Positions 17,700 to 30,557 of a DNA stretch of 64,000 bases are shown here, piece after piece. Origin of the DNA: Planctomycetota bacterium (GTDB lineage: Bacteria; Planctomycetota; UBA8108; SXIK01); assembly GCA_965223845.1 (NCBI GenBank), contig CBDCXR010000004.1, positions 1,568,001 through 1,632,000 on the forward strand. The letters are read 5' to 3'. Position 1 is the first letter of the stretch; each line of letters opens with the position of its first letter. The position numbers and the translations under genes were made by a program. Below the pieces are notes generated by a model. It searched no databases. It had not been told where the DNA came from and saw only the letters and a program-made list of their open reading frames with translations.

Positions 17700-18587
17700 A
17701 TGATCGACACCTCTTGGAAGGACCGGGACGAGGTCCGCCTCTACTCGGGCTCGCGCCGTCTCGGGGACGCTCTTCTCGCGACGACGGTCGCGCGCGAGAT
17801 CAAGAAACTGCGACCCGACATTCGCGTCGTCGTCGAGAGTCACTGGCCGCAGATTTTCTTCAACAATCGCGACGTCGACGCGACCTTTCCCGCCGGCAAC
17901 AAGGCACAGCGGAGCGCGATCGTTCTCCGCTACGACGATCCTTGGCCGCCGACGGACACGCGCCACGTTCTCGAAATCCTCTGCGCGCGGCTCGGCATCG
18001 AAGACCCGGATCTTTCGCCGTACTACTATCCGTCGCCGGAGGAGCGAGCGAAGGCGCGCCTCATCCGGCCACCGAGCTCGCGTCCTTTGCTCGTCGTCCA
18101 TCCGTTCAGCGGATTCTTCGCCGCACGCTCCAAGCAGTGGGATTTTCGCCACTGGAAGCGATACCTCGAATCGCTACCGCCGGAAATCGAGACCGTGCGC
18201 TTCGGCGAAGTCGAAGATCCCGCGACACCGACCGAGCGTCCGAGCCACCGCGAGATCGTCGGTATGGACGTCCGACTCGCTGCAGCGATTTTGCAGAGTG
18301 CGGACGCGTTCGTCGGTCAGGATTCCGGCCTCGCTCACCTCGCAACCGCGCTCGGAGTCCCGAGCGTCGTTCTCTTCACCGGATACGTGTCGCCCGCGAT
18401 GTTCGGTTACGAGCAGAACGTCAATCTCGTTCCGGAGCTACCGTACGCGCCCTGCTGGGAGAAGGACGGCTGCCCGCCGTGTAAGGCCGAGATCTGCACG
18501 CGAGCGGTCCAGCCGGAAACCGTTCTCGAAAAAACGCTCGGCGTTCTAGAGCGCAGCTTGACGCGGTCGCGGAAGCGGCTGTGGTAG
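17700..18587 (+). CDS. Glycosyltransferase family 9 (heptosyltransferase-like)
   Basis: RLGDALLAT; VVHPFSG...KQW; FVGQDSGLAHLATALGVPSVVLF; Cys-rich tail. Confidence 0.88.
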   Translation: MIDTSWKDRDEVRLYSGSRRLGDALLATTVAREIKKLRPDIRVVVESHWPQIFFNNRDVDATFPAGNKAQRSAIVLRYDDPWPPTDTRHVLEILCARLGIEDPDLSPYYYPSPEERAKARLIRPPSSRPLLVVHPFSGFFAARSKQWDFRHWKRYLESLPPEIETVRFGEVEDPATPTERPSHREIVGMDVRLAAAILQSADAFVGQDSGLAHLATALGVPSVVLFTGYVSPAMFGYEQNVNLVPELPYAPCWEKDGCPPCKAEICTRAVQPETVLEKTLGVLERSLTRSRKRLW

Positions 18588-18630
18588 TCGCCGGGCCCCT
18601 CTCGACGCGACGAAACTGAGTTCGTCGGCT

Positions 18631-19416
18631 TCAGCTCGAACTCGGGGAATCGGGAGATTTCGGGTCCGACGGTTCGTCGCCGACACGACGGAAATAGCAG
18701 ACGTGCGTCGCGCGTCGATTGCCGAAGCGACGCTTACCCGTCGAGACACTCGCGTTCCACGGTGGTCGATCCGCGTGCTGATCGACGAGCGGAACGACGA
18801 AGAACTCGACGTTCGGACGCGAGGAGACGCGCCACGGCTCGCCGACGAGCGCGTCGAGCCGCGCGAGGATCGCCCGTCGGCGGAGGAGATTCGCGGCCGG
18901 GTTGATCATCGAGGCGCTGCTCCGGACGTTGCGTCCGCGGGTGAGCGCGACGTCGCAGTGGTTCTCCGTGAGGAGACAGAATCCGGTCGGTGTGTCGCCC
19001 GAAAGCTGGTCGAGCATCCGGCCGAGCTGGAGGGCCGGGAATTGCTGCGCGTCGAAGTCTTCGAGAAAAAGCGCGAGGAGCCTCGCCTTCCCGGTGTCAT
19101 CTCGAAGGTGCTGGTCGAGCGCTGCCTGCTGGGCGGGCGAGAGGTTCGCGTCGACGAGCCAGGATTCGAACAGTTCCGGCGAGCGTTCGAGCTTCGCGAG
19201 TGCGAGCGCGCGTTCGATCGCCGGCGTGGCCAGGACGGCGAAGGAAACCACCGTGAGCAGCGCTCCGCCAAGAGCGGTGCCGAGAATCCAGCGACGCGTG
19301 TGCCGGTGCGCCGCGACGCCGCGGCGATGCTCCTCGGGTTCGACGGACGTCGCACTTCGCGCCCGCGGATCGTCGGCTTGGGTGCGTGGCGGAGGTGCGG
19401 GAGTCACGGGCGGCAC
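18631..19416 (-). CDS. Hypothetical membrane-anchored protein
   Basis: One TM segment (WILGTALGGALLTVVSFAVL); follows the CRTAC1-like gene by 16 bp; no family recognised. Confidence 0.5.
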   Translation of the reverse strand: MPPVTPAPPPRTQADDPRARSATSVEPEEHRRGVAAHRHTRRWILGTALGGALLTVVSFAVLATPAIERALALAKLERSPELFESWLVDANLSPAQQAALDQHLRDDTGKARLLALFLEDFDAQQFPALQLGRMLDQLSGDTPTGFCLLTENHCDVALTRGRNVRSSASMINPAANLLRRRAILARLDALVGEPWRVSSRPNVEFFVVPLVDQHADRPPWNASVSTGKRRFGNRRATHVCYFRRVGDEPSDPKSPDSPSSS

Positions 19417-19432
19417 TCGAGTTAGCGATGGG

Positions 19433-21157
19433 TTAGCGGTCTCGGGTTCGACTGCCCGTACCTTCGGCTAGACGAACGCGGCCGGGGAGGGCGAGCGATC
19501 GACGCGACGGCGCGGAGAAGTCTTCGATCCGGCCCGACGGCCATTCGACCGTCACCCGAGTGAGGGGGGGTGCCGATGACGGGCGGCCGAGCCCGAAGCG
19601 CGCGACGAGCTCGGGCTGCGACGCGTAGCTCGATCCGCTGCGAAGAACCCGGGACTGTCGACGATCGCCGGCTTCGATGATAACACGCGCTCCGATCGCC
19701 GCTCGATTGGATGCGCCGGAACTGAGCAGCCCGAACGTGATTCTCGCCGCCGGAGGTGAGCGGTTCTCGATGATCTGCGGCGGCGCGTCCATGTTCGAGA
19801 CGACGATGTCCGGGTCGCCGTCGCCGTCGAGGTCGCCTGTCGCGGCGCCGCGCGACGACGCTTCGAGCGCGAGAGCGGCAACGCCCTCCGAGATCTCCCG
19901 GAACGAGCGTCCTTCGTCCTCGTTGAGGAAAAGCTGGTTTCTTTGACGGTAGCCCGGGCTGCCCCGCATCGCGTCGGCCTGCGGGGCCACGTGGCCGTTC
20001 GCGACGAAGAGGTCCTCGTCACCGTCGCCGTCGAAATCACAGAAGAGAGTTCCCCAGCCGAGGTAGCGGTAGCTCGCCGCGCCGAGTCGGGCCGGGAAGG
20101 TGCCTTCGACGTAATTGGTCCCGGACTCCGCGAGATAGAGCGTGTTCGTGTCATCTTCGAAGTTGGTGACGAAGATGTCCTCTCGGTCAAAGCGCCGCGG
20201 AGTCCCCGCCGCGAGTCCCATGCTTCCCTGCTCGACACCGTAGTCGTTGTACGCGAGCCCGAGAAAGAGTCCGCCGTCACGAAACCGCCTGCCGCGTTCG
20301 TTGACGAAACAGAAGTTCGCCATCGTGTCGTTCGCGACGAGGACGTCGGGCCAGCCGTCCGTGCCGACATCGATGACGAGCGTTCCGAGTCCGAAGGATG
20401 GCGTCACGGCTGAGAATCCCCATCTCTCCGTAACGTCCTCGAACCGGCCCTCGCCGAGATTGCGGTAGACGCGGTCGGGAGCGGGTCGGAGTCCGCCCGG
20501 GCCGCAAAAGATCGCCTCTCCCTTGTACACGCAGCGACCCGAGCGGCGGCTTCGGTCGCTGTCGCGCCCCGGGTGCAGGTCGACGTAGTTCGCCACGTAG
20601 AGATCGACGTAACCGTCGCGGTCGAAGTCGGCGAAGCTCGCACTCGTGCTCATCGCCCGGTCTTCGACTCCGCGGGGGCTCCGATCGAATGTGCCATCGC
20701 CGCGATTGCGATAAAGGACGTTCGGACCCCAGTTCGTCACGTAGAGATCGAGGTGCCCATCGTTGTCGACATCGGCGACGGCCGCCCCGCAGCCCCAACC
20801 GGCGCCGTCGGTCCCGCTCTGTCGGCTGACGTCCGTGAATCGCCAGTCGCCGTCGTTTCGGTAGAGCGCGTTCGTCGGAATCGATCGAGGATCGGACAGC
20901 GGACCGGATTCCGACCAGGAACGCGAGCCGCCGTTCACGAAGTAGATGTCGAGATCCCCGTCGGAATCGAAATCGAAGAGTGCGACACCGCTACCGTTCA
21001 CCTCGAAGATCCAGTCCTTTTCGAGCGAGCCGCACTCGTGGACGAACTGAATGCCCGTTCGATCGGGGGTCACGGTGACGAGCTCGATGTCGCCCGCGAT
21101 CGCGCGCGCTCCGCAACAAGCGACCAGAATGGCGATGGCCGTTGTCGTACTCTTCAC
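19433..21157 (-). CDS. CRTAC1-family protein (FG-GAP repeats + ASPIC/UnbV)
   Basis: Repeated DFDSDGDLDIY, DVDNDGHLDLY, DFDRDGYVDLY, DLDGDGDPDI; SSRGAA; NRAAIGARV...GSSYASQ...VEWPSG. Start placed at GTG before the signal peptide. Confidence 0.9.
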   Translation of the reverse strand: MKSTTTAIAILVACCGARAIAGDIELVTVTPDRTGIQFVHECGSLEKDWIFEVNGSGVALFDFDSDGDLDIYFVNGGSRSWSESGPLSDPRSIPTNALYRNDGDWRFTDVSRQSGTDGAGWGCGAAVADVDNDGHLDLYVTNWGPNVLYRNRGDGTFDRSPRGVEDRAMSTSASFADFDRDGYVDLYVANYVDLHPGRDSDRSRRSGRCVYKGEAIFCGPGGLRPAPDRVYRNLGEGRFEDVTERWGFSAVTPSFGLGTLVIDVGTDGWPDVLVANDTMANFCFVNERGRRFRDGGLFLGLAYNDYGVEQGSMGLAAGTPRRFDREDIFVTNFEDDTNTLYLAESGTNYVEGTFPARLGAASYRYLGWGTLFCDFDGDGDEDLFVANGHVAPQADAMRGSPGYRQRNQLFLNEDEGRSFREISEGVAALALEASSRGAATGDLDGDGDPDIVVSNMDAPPQIIENRSPPAARITFGLLSSGASNRAAIGARVIIEAGDRRQSRVLRSGSSYASQPELVARFGLGRPSSAPPLTRVTVEWPSGRIEDFSAPSRRSLALPGRVRLAEGTGSRTRDR

Positions 21158-21321
21158 ACGCCGAGTCCTTTCCCGATTCGACCCGGCCGCGCGCCGAGCC
21201 AGAGTTTCTCTTTCGTTCTCGCTCTCATGAGCATTGCTCCGATGCGCGAAACGTGGACCCATTCCGTGCACCGGGGCCACCGAAGGCAGCCATGCTGACC
21301 GAACGTTTTTGTGAAAGCGCG

Positions 21322-24300
21322 CTAGCAGCTCACGTAGCGATCACAACCGAGCGAGCTCTCCGGGTCTTCGTCGGGCCCGCATTCGAGGTGACCGGGTGTC
21401 ACCGGCGGATCGCCGTCTCCGAAGAGGAAGTTGAGCAGATAGATCGGGTCGGCGACGTTGAACGCGCTGTCTCCGTTCACGTCCATCGCCTCCGGGCAAA
21501 CCTGGAGCGGCGCGTCACCAAAGAGATGGTTCAGAGACCCGATCGCATCGGCGATGTTCGCAGATCCCGAGTCGTTCGGATCGCCTCGTCTGAAGCGGAG
21601 CTCGGTCTCTTCCGTCGTGCCGGACACGCGAACGTTCGTGATCGCCCACCAGCCGGCGGCCGGAGCGCTGCGATAGTGAAACGCGAAGGCGACGCCGTCC
21701 TGACCGTCCGCGGCGGGAACGGGAAGGGCGCGCGTGGCAAAGAAGGGCTCCTCCCGGCTGTCGAAAAGGCCACCGCCGGCGTAGGAGAAGAGCGGCCGGT
21801 CGAGGAAGGTCTCGCCGCCGTCGACGCTGAGAAGCACCCTCTCGACCGCGGCTTCGGAGGCGAGCACCTCGGAGTCGAAGTGGAGAGTCACGCCGACGAC
21901 GTCCGAGCAGTCGATCGCCGGAGTGATGAGAAACTCGTCGAAGGGGTTCAGCCCGTCGCACTCGGCGTCGACGAGCGCGAAGCTCTGTCCGATGCGATTG
22001 ATCCCCTGCTCGCTGATCCCTTCCGGAATCTGGCGAAAACAGAGATCTTCTGCGGCCCATCGACCGTCGTCGCCGTCGGCGTGGATCGACAACCACTCGT
22101 CCGGAACGCCGTCCTCGAACGTCTCGTTCGGGAGCACGTCTTCCTCTCCGCCCGGTGGACCGCGCGTCGACACGACGACGTTGTCGATCGCAATCCACCA
22201 GTCATCGTCCGGTTCGAACTGGCGGATGCGAACGAGAAACGGCCCTCCCGGCGCGAAGTCCGAAAGGTCGACGTGGAGGCGACCGAAGTACCCGTCGGTG
22301 TTCTCGTTCGACGGCTCGGGAACGGCTCCGCCGCGGGCGGGGGCTACGCGACGAAACGCGTTCTCCCACGTCTCCCCCGCGTCGGAGGAGACGTCGATAT
22401 CGAACACGACGAAGCCATTGTTGTTGAGCTGCGCCGAGCAGTCGAGCTGAAGCCACACCGAATCGACGCCGGTGGCATCGATCGACGGAGTCCAAAGATC
22501 GTGCGACATTCCGCTCCCGGTCGAGTCCGTGCCGCCCGACCAGTCCGAGTCAGAGATCATGAAGGCTCCTTGGCTCGGAGTGCCGTCGAGCACGGGGGGA
22601 TTTGCGCGTCCACCTGGATTCGTCACGGTCCAGCGGGATCCGGTTTCGTTCGGCTCGTTCACTTCGAGAACACGCCAGCCGGCCGCGGTGACGTCCTCGT
22701 CCGATTCGAAACAGTCGAAGTTCTCCGCGAAGAGAACTCCATCTCCCGGAACGGCGGCGAAGTATTCCAGCGCGGAGGTGCACGACGAGCCGCCGCTGAC
22801 GTCGACCTGATAGACGTATTGACCGCCGCGAGGCGAATCTTCGAAGCTCGAGGCTTCGAGCGGCAGGGTTGCGACGACCTCTCCGCCTCGCCGCACGCGC
22901 ACCGCCTCTCCGGCGAGGTTCGCTCCGGGTTCCCATTCGAGCCGAAGCGCGCCGCCCTGAACGCAGCCGCGAATCTCCGCCGGACAGACGAAAGCGGAGA
23001 CGGGAGGGGCTTCGCAAGTGAAGTCGACGGCTCCCCCGACGATCGTCTCGAGCGAGTAGGTGATCGTACTGCCGGGTGGTGGGGCCGCGTGAGTGAACGA
23101 CCGAACTTCCGCGGCGAGCTCTCCACTCAGATCGACGCCGTCCGCTAGGACGCGATAGGCCGCGTCGCCCGGAAGTCCCCGCCACGTCATCGAGATCGAA
23201 TTCGAGGTCGCGTCGTACGCCTCCACTTCGAACGCTTGAGAAGCGCAGGTTCGAGCATCGATCTCCCCGTCGGCGGAGATCACGACATCGTCGATCGCCA
23301 CCCACCCGGGAGTCGCGGACGGCGCGTACAAGAATCCGATCGAGACGGTCGACTGCCCTTCTGCCCCCTCGAGGCGAAATGCCCGTTCCGCGTAGAACGG
23401 ATCCTCGTCTCCCGCGCCGCCGTAGACGCTCGTGTCGAAGGAAAAAATGGGCTCCTCGAACGTGGCGCCGCCGTCGTAGCTGACGGCGACTTCGTACGTC
23501 GTCGGCGAGTCCGTGCCGCGGATTTCCTCCTTCCAGCTCACATAGACGGCAGTTGCGTTCGTTGCGTCAACGGCGGGAGAGATCAAACGATCATTCACGA
23601 TCGCCGTCGAGCAGGCGGGATCGATCAGAGCGAAGTCACCGTGGATCCGGTGCATGCGGCGGCCGTCGTCGCCGTCGGGGAACGTGCCACCGTTGAACGC
23701 GATGAGGTTCCGCGTGCAAGCGTCGTTCGAAGTCCAGGAGTTGTCTCCCTCGTTGCCCGGCTCCGAGACGATCGTCCAGGTGGAAGGGATGCCTCCCGTG
23801 AACGAGGCACTGAGAAGAGGGACCTCTCCGCCGAGCGGCGGCGGAACGTCGTCGACGAGAACGTTGTCCACCGCGATCCACCACTCGTCGTCCGGCTCGA
23901 ACTGCCGGATGCGAAAGCGGGCGTTTTCCGTATTCGCGGCCACGGACGAAAGGTCGACGTGGAGTCGCCCGTGAAACCCATTGCAGTTCTCGGTGCTCAC
24001 GGTCGGAGCGAACGCGGTCCGTGCCGGCGCCACCCGGCGAAAAAGATTCGTCCAAGTCTCGCCGTCGTCGCTCGAGGCGTCGATGTCAAATACGCCGAGT
24101 CCGTTGTTATTGAGGATGGCCGTGCAGTCGAAGTGGAGCCAGACGACATCGCTTCCGATGGTATCGAAGGGTGGGCTCCATAGGTCGTGCGACATTCCCG
24201 AGCCCTGCTCGTCGGCGCTCCCGGACGCGTCCGAATCGGAGATCATGAACTGCGAGAACTCCCCCGGGATTCCCGAAGCGTCGGGTGGATTCGGGCGAGC

Positions 24301-24504
24301 ACCGATGTTCGTGATGGTCCACTTCGATCCGGTCTCGAGAGGTTCGTTCTCTTCGACGAGCCTCCACTCGCCGATATCTTCGACTTCGAAGTCGTCGAGG
24401 TAGGACTCGAAGTCCTCCTCGAGGAAGATCGCTTGCGCGACGAGGGGACTAGACGATACGAACGTAGAGAAGAACACCACGAGGACTTGATCGATACGAC
24501 TCAT
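21322..24504 (-). CDS. Secreted multidomain protein: duplicated beta-sandwich (MAM/cleaved-adhesin-like) pairs, two Fn3-like domains, C-terminal dockerin-like domain
   Basis: Signal peptide; EDFE...WWIAVDNV domains duplicated; FRRGDPNDSG...DVNGD dockerin-like Ca loops. Confidence 0.8.
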   Translation of the reverse strand: MSRIDQVLVVFFSTFVSSSPLVAQAIFLEEDFESYLDDFEVEDIGEWRLVEENEPLETGSKWTITNIGARPNPPDASGIPGEFSQFMISDSDASGSADEQGSGMSHDLWSPPFDTIGSDVVWLHFDCTAILNNNGLGVFDIDASSDDGETWTNLFRRVAPARTAFAPTVSTENCNGFHGRLHVDLSSVAANTENARFRIRQFEPDDEWWIAVDNVLVDDVPPPLGGEVPLLSASFTGGIPSTWTIVSEPGNEGDNSWTSNDACTRNLIAFNGGTFPDGDDGRRMHRIHGDFALIDPACSTAIVNDRLISPAVDATNATAVYVSWKEEIRGTDSPTTYEVAVSYDGGATFEEPIFSFDTSVYGGAGDEDPFYAERAFRLEGAEGQSTVSIGFLYAPSATPGWVAIDDVVISADGEIDARTCASQAFEVEAYDATSNSISMTWRGLPGDAAYRVLADGVDLSGELAAEVRSFTHAAPPPGSTITYSLETIVGGAVDFTCEAPPVSAFVCPAEIRGCVQGGALRLEWEPGANLAGEAVRVRRGGEVVATLPLEASSFEDSPRGGQYVYQVDVSGGSSCTSALEYFAAVPGDGVLFAENFDCFESDEDVTAAGWRVLEVNEPNETGSRWTVTNPGGRANPPVLDGTPSQGAFMISDSDWSGGTDSTGSGMSHDLWTPSIDATGVDSVWLQLDCSAQLNNNGFVVFDIDVSSDAGETWENAFRRVAPARGGAVPEPSNENTDGYFGRLHVDLSDFAPGGPFLVRIRQFEPDDDWWIAIDNVVVSTRGPPGGEEDVLPNETFEDGVPDEWLSIHADGDDGRWAAEDLCFRQIPEGISEQGINRIGQSFALVDAECDGLNPFDEFLITPAIDCSDVVGVTLHFDSEVLASEAAVERVLLSVDGGETFLDRPLFSYAGGGLFDSREEPFFATRALPVPAADGQDGVAFAFHYRSAPAAGWWAITNVRVSGTTEETELRFRRGDPNDSGSANIADAIGSLNHLFGDAPLQVCPEAMDVNGDSAFNVADPIYLLNFLFGDGDPPVTPGHLECGPDEDPESSLGCDRYVSC

Positions 24505-24604
24505 GGCCGCGCCCTCCATCCCAACTGAGTACCGAGCCGATCGTGCACTCCGTGCGGCAGCGCGAGCCGCCGGCTGGTCCGTACACCTGTTTCCAGGCTA
24601 CCTC

Positions 24605-26056
24605 GTGGGCGCACGGCGAGATCGGGAAATCTCTCCGCTCTCGGCCGCGGCGAGCTGGCGGGCGAGATTCGCGCGGGTCGGTGGCGCGGGACTTCTCGTA
24701 GCGGTCGTCGGCTCGAGCTGGAGCTTCGCATTCGGGAGTGGAGACCTCGGCGAGCGGGACGGCTCGGCGCGAGCGAGTGAACGACTGCGCGAGATCGATC
24801 GCGAGATCGGCCGCGCGCCGAGCGGGGACGGTCTACTCGAGCTCCGCACGGAGCGGGCACGGCTGCTCCTCGCGCTCGGTCGTTACCCAGAGGCGGAGCG
24901 AGACGCGCGCGCCCTGATCGCGAAGAGCGAGTCGCGCGTGCCTCTCCTCACGGCGAACCGCCTCACGCTCGCGGACGCCCTCCGGCGACAGGGCGACGCC
25001 GAGACGGCGTCGGGGATCCTCACCGCGCTTCTCGCGGAATCGCCGAGCGATGAAGCCAGGCGCCTCCTCGCGCGGATCTATCTGAGCGAGCGCCGGTACG
25101 CAGACGCAGGGGCCGTCGCCGATGAGATCGAGCACGCGCGGAACGACGATCCTCTCGTGCGTTTCGCGCGAGGGGCGCGCGCGGCGAAACACGGACCACC
25201 CGAGCTAGCCGTCGACGATCTTCGGGCTGCGGCACGGTCCCCGGAGTGGGAGCGCGCCGCGCGGTTCGAGCTCGCGCTCGCTTGGGGGCGCCTCGGACGC
25301 CCGGTCGACGCGCTCCGCGAGCTGGTCACGTTGGCGGAACGCGACCCGTTCGACCTCGAGGTCTGTTACCAAGTTTCGCGCCAACTCGTCCGCAGTCGGC
25401 GGGGCGGTTCGATCGAGAAAGCCGCACTCGTCACGCGGTACTTCGAGTTCCTGAAGGAAAGCGCCGGGCCGTCGTCGCGCGCCGAGCACCTCGCTCGAAG
25501 CGGAGATCGCGCCGGTGCACTCGCGGAGTCGGCGGCGGCGGCCGAGCGGAGCGGAGACACCGAGCGCGCCGTCCGATTCGCCGTGCGGGCTCTAAGCGCG
25601 GCCGGGACGGTCGAAGCGCGAACCGCGGCGGCGCTTCTCCTCGTTCGCTTCGATCTTCTCCACGTTGCTTCGACTCAGGGGGGCGCTGGGATCGACCGAG
25701 CGGTTGTCACCGGCGCCGTGGACCGAGCTCGGGCGCGCATCGCCTCGAGCACGCCGCCTCTCGCCGCACTGCGTCTCGCCGTAGCGAGTGCGAAGTGGGA
25801 ACGACTGGACTCGGCGATCGCACCATTCCTCGCGCCGAAGAGAATCGATCCCGGCAGCGCCGATCGCGCGGCGAAGATCCTCCTTGCTCGCGAGCCGAGG
25901 CACGCAGGGGCGCTCCGCCATCTCGCCGAGCGGACTCGAACTCCGGAACTCATCGTCCCGCACCTTCACTTCGTTCGGCGGCTCGCGGATGTCGACCGAT
26001 CGCCCGATCGGCTCCGCGAGCTCGATCGCGTGCGGGGCTGGTTTCTCGGCGATTGA
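24605..26056 (+). CDS. TPR-repeat exported protein
   Basis: Hydrophobic N-terminal segment then TPR helices (LLLALGRYPEAE, LARIYLSERRYADA); start uncertain (ATG 24503 or GTG 24605). Confidence 0.65.
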   Translation: MGARRDREISPLSAAASWRARFARVGGAGLLVAVVGSSWSFAFGSGDLGERDGSARASERLREIDREIGRAPSGDGLLELRTERARLLLALGRYPEAERDARALIAKSESRVPLLTANRLTLADALRRQGDAETASGILTALLAESPSDEARRLLARIYLSERRYADAGAVADEIEHARNDDPLVRFARGARAAKHGPPELAVDDLRAAARSPEWERAARFELALAWGRLGRPVDALRELVTLAERDPFDLEVCYQVSRQLVRSRRGGSIEKAALVTRYFEFLKESAGPSSRAEHLARSGDRAGALAESAAAAERSGDTERAVRFAVRALSAAGTVEARTAAALLLVRFDLLHVASTQGGAGIDRAVVTGAVDRARARIASSTPPLAALRLAVASAKWERLDSAIAPFLAPKRIDPGSADRAAKILLAREPRHAGALRHLAERTRTPELIVPHLHFVRRLADVDRSPDRLRELDRVRGWFLGD

Positions 26057-26095
26057 GGCCCTTCCGCGAAGGGATCAGGCTTGCGCGCGAAGGGG

Positions 26096-27325
26096 TCAGG
26101 CGTCCAGTGATTGCTTCAGAGTCGTCTCGATCGCGTCGAGAAACTCATCCGTCGTGACGAACGATTCGGCCGGGGGCCGCGTCGTCTTGTGAATCGCGAC
26201 GGCGAGATCCTTTGTCATCGTCCCGCTTTCGATCGTCGACACGCACGCCCGCTCGAGCGTCTTCGCAAACTCGCTGACGGCCGGCGTTCCGTCGAGTCGG
26301 CCGCGGTGCGCGAGGCCGCGAGTCCACGCGTAGATGCTCGCGACGGGGTTGGTGCTCGTCGGGTTCCCTTTCTGGTGCTCGCGATAGTGGCGCGTCACTG
26401 TTCCGTGCGCAGCCTCCGCCTCGATCGTCTCACCGTCGGGACACATGAGGACCGAAGTCATGAGACCGAGAGAGCCGAAGCCCTGCGCGACCGTGTCCGA
26501 CTGCACGTCGCCATCGTAGTTCTTGCACGCCCAGACGATGCCGCCGTCCCACTTGAGCACTTGTGCGACCATGTCGTCGATCAAGCGGTGCTCGTAAGTG
26601 ATCCCCGCCGCGGAGAACCGGTCGGCAAACTCGCGTTCGAACACCTCGGCGAAGATGTCGCGGAACCGGCCGTCGTAGGTTTTGAGGATCGTGTTCTTCG
26701 TGCTCAGGTAGACGGGGTAGCCTTCCTGAAGACCGTAGTTCATGCAGGACCGCGCAAAGTCCGCGATCGACGCGTCGGTGTTGTACATTCCGAGCGCGAC
26801 GCCGGGGCCGTCGAACTCGTGAATCGTCCAGTCGCTCGCGTCGCCGCCAGTCGGCTCGTACACGAGTCGCAGCTTCCCGGGGCCGGGTACGCGGATGTCG
26901 GTCGCGCGGTACTGATCCGCGTGCGCGTGACGGCCGACGACGATCGGCTTCTTCCACGCGGGGACGAGCCGCGGCACGTTCGTGCAGAGAATCGGCGCGC
27001 GAAACACCGTCCCCCCGAGAAAGTTTCGAATCGTGCCGTTCGGACTCCTCCACATCTTCTTCAGTCCGAATTCTTCGACCCGGTCTTCGTCCGGAGTGAT
27101 GGTGGCGCATTTCACGCCGACCTTGTGCTCGCGGATCGCCTTTGCGGCGTCGAGAGTGATCTCGTCCTCCGTCTCGTCCCGCTTCTGAATCGAGAGGTCG
27201 AAGTAGCGGAGATCGATCTCGAGAAACGGAAGGAGAAGCTTCGCTTTGATCTTCTCCCAGATGATGCGGGTCATCTCGTCGCCGTCGAGCTCGACGACAG
27301 GGCCCGAGACGCGGATTTTGCTCAT
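26096..27325 (-). CDS. icd: NADP-dependent isocitrate dehydrogenase (eukaryote-like subfamily)
   Basis: [14 protein letters not shown]; KCATITPDE; [11 protein letters not shown]; NYDGDVQSD; [10 protein letters not shown]. Confidence 0.97.
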   Translation of the reverse strand: MSKIRVSGPVVELDGDEMTRIIWEKIKAKLLLPFLEIDLRYFDLSIQKRDETEDEITLDAAKAIREHKVGVKCATITPDEDRVEEFGLKKMWRSPNGTIRNFLGGTVFRAPILCTNVPRLVPAWKKPIVVGRHAHADQYRATDIRVPGPGKLRLVYEPTGGDASDWTIHEFDGPGVALGMYNTDASIADFARSCMNYGLQEGYPVYLSTKNTILKTYDGRFRDIFAEVFEREFADRFSAAGITYEHRLIDDMVAQVLKWDGGIVWACKNYDGDVQSDTVAQGFGSLGLMTSVLMCPDGETIEAEAAHGTVTRHYREHQKGNPTSTNPVASIYAWTRGLAHRGRLDGTPAVSEFAKTLERACVSTIESGTMTKDLAVAIHKTTRPPAESFVTTDEFLDAIETTLKQSLDA

Positions 27326-27394
27326 GTCGGTACTCTCTCCGGCGGCGCGGTGGAATCCGGTGAACAGCCCGGGCTCCGTCGACGAAAGCCCGCG

Positions 27395-27423
27395 ATTGTA
27401 GCGACGCCCTCGGAGAGGGGCAA
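27395..27423 (-). promoter_or_regulatory. sigma70-type promoter of icd
   Basis: Minus strand TTGCCC-N17-TACAAT, about 70 bp upstream of the ATG. Confidence 0.6.
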
Positions 27424-27621
27424 GCGGAGGGGGCGAGTGGAGCCCGAGAAGGCCCCGATTCGGGCCGCATGAGTCCCTGTCCGCGGGGATCACGGACGGT
27501 GAACGTGAGTCCATGAACGCCGCGTCGTCCCGAAGGGACGGTGGGGCTGAAGTCGACAGGAGCGCACGTGACCGCGACGCGAGTCGGAGGCTCTCGCGTC
27601 GCGGACACGGGGCGATCGACC

Positions 27622-30279
<2,658 letters not shown>

Positions 30280-30320
30280 GCCTTCACCTCCGTTGCGGGA
30301 TTCGGTTGGGAAGTAGAATC

Positions 30321-30335
30321 GCAATCTGCGTGCCA
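30321..30335 (-). promoter_or_regulatory. sigma54 (-24/-12) promoter of clpB
   Basis: Minus strand TGGCACG-CAGA-TTGC, an exact consensus, about 40 bp upstream of the start codon. Confidence 0.8.
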
Positions 30336-30398
30336 CGAGATCGGAAGCTATAAACCCCTTAAATTTAAGAAGATAGGTGAGTGGCGAGAAGAGTGGGG

Positions 30399-30464
30399 CT
30401 GCCGATGTGGCAGTTCTGGTTCGCGCGGAGAGCCTGGGCTTGAGGGTGGGAGCCATATTGGCAG
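30399..30464. promoter_or_regulatory. Two palindromic enhancer (UAS)-like sites upstream of the clpB sigma54 promoter
   Basis: CTGCC-GATGT-GGCAG (30399-30413) and GAGCC-ATATT-GGCAG (30450-30464), 51 bp apart; AT-rich IHF-like tract at about 30349-30374. Confidence 0.55.
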
Positions 30465-30557
30465 TCGAGCGGCCGCACGCGGGGCAGGTGCGGAAGCCGG
30501 GGCCCGCGGTTGCGGCCGCCAACGGGTTGGGACCGATCGACGCCTCAGGGTCGTCGA

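Noticed and set aside
17540-18587. tRNA-Arg as integration site of an island starting at GT9
   Set aside because: No integrase, no duplicated tRNA 3' end noticed, no evident compositional shift.
24503-24504. Head-to-head overlap of two ATGs (adhesin and TPR genes)
   Set aside because: The TPR gene more plausibly starts downstream (GTG 24605), so the overlap is probably an ORF-calling artefact.
30455-30485. TTGGCAGTC as a CIRCE half-site upstream of clpB
   Set aside because: No matching GAGTGCTAA half 9 bp away; better explained as part of the GCC-N5-GGCAG palindrome.
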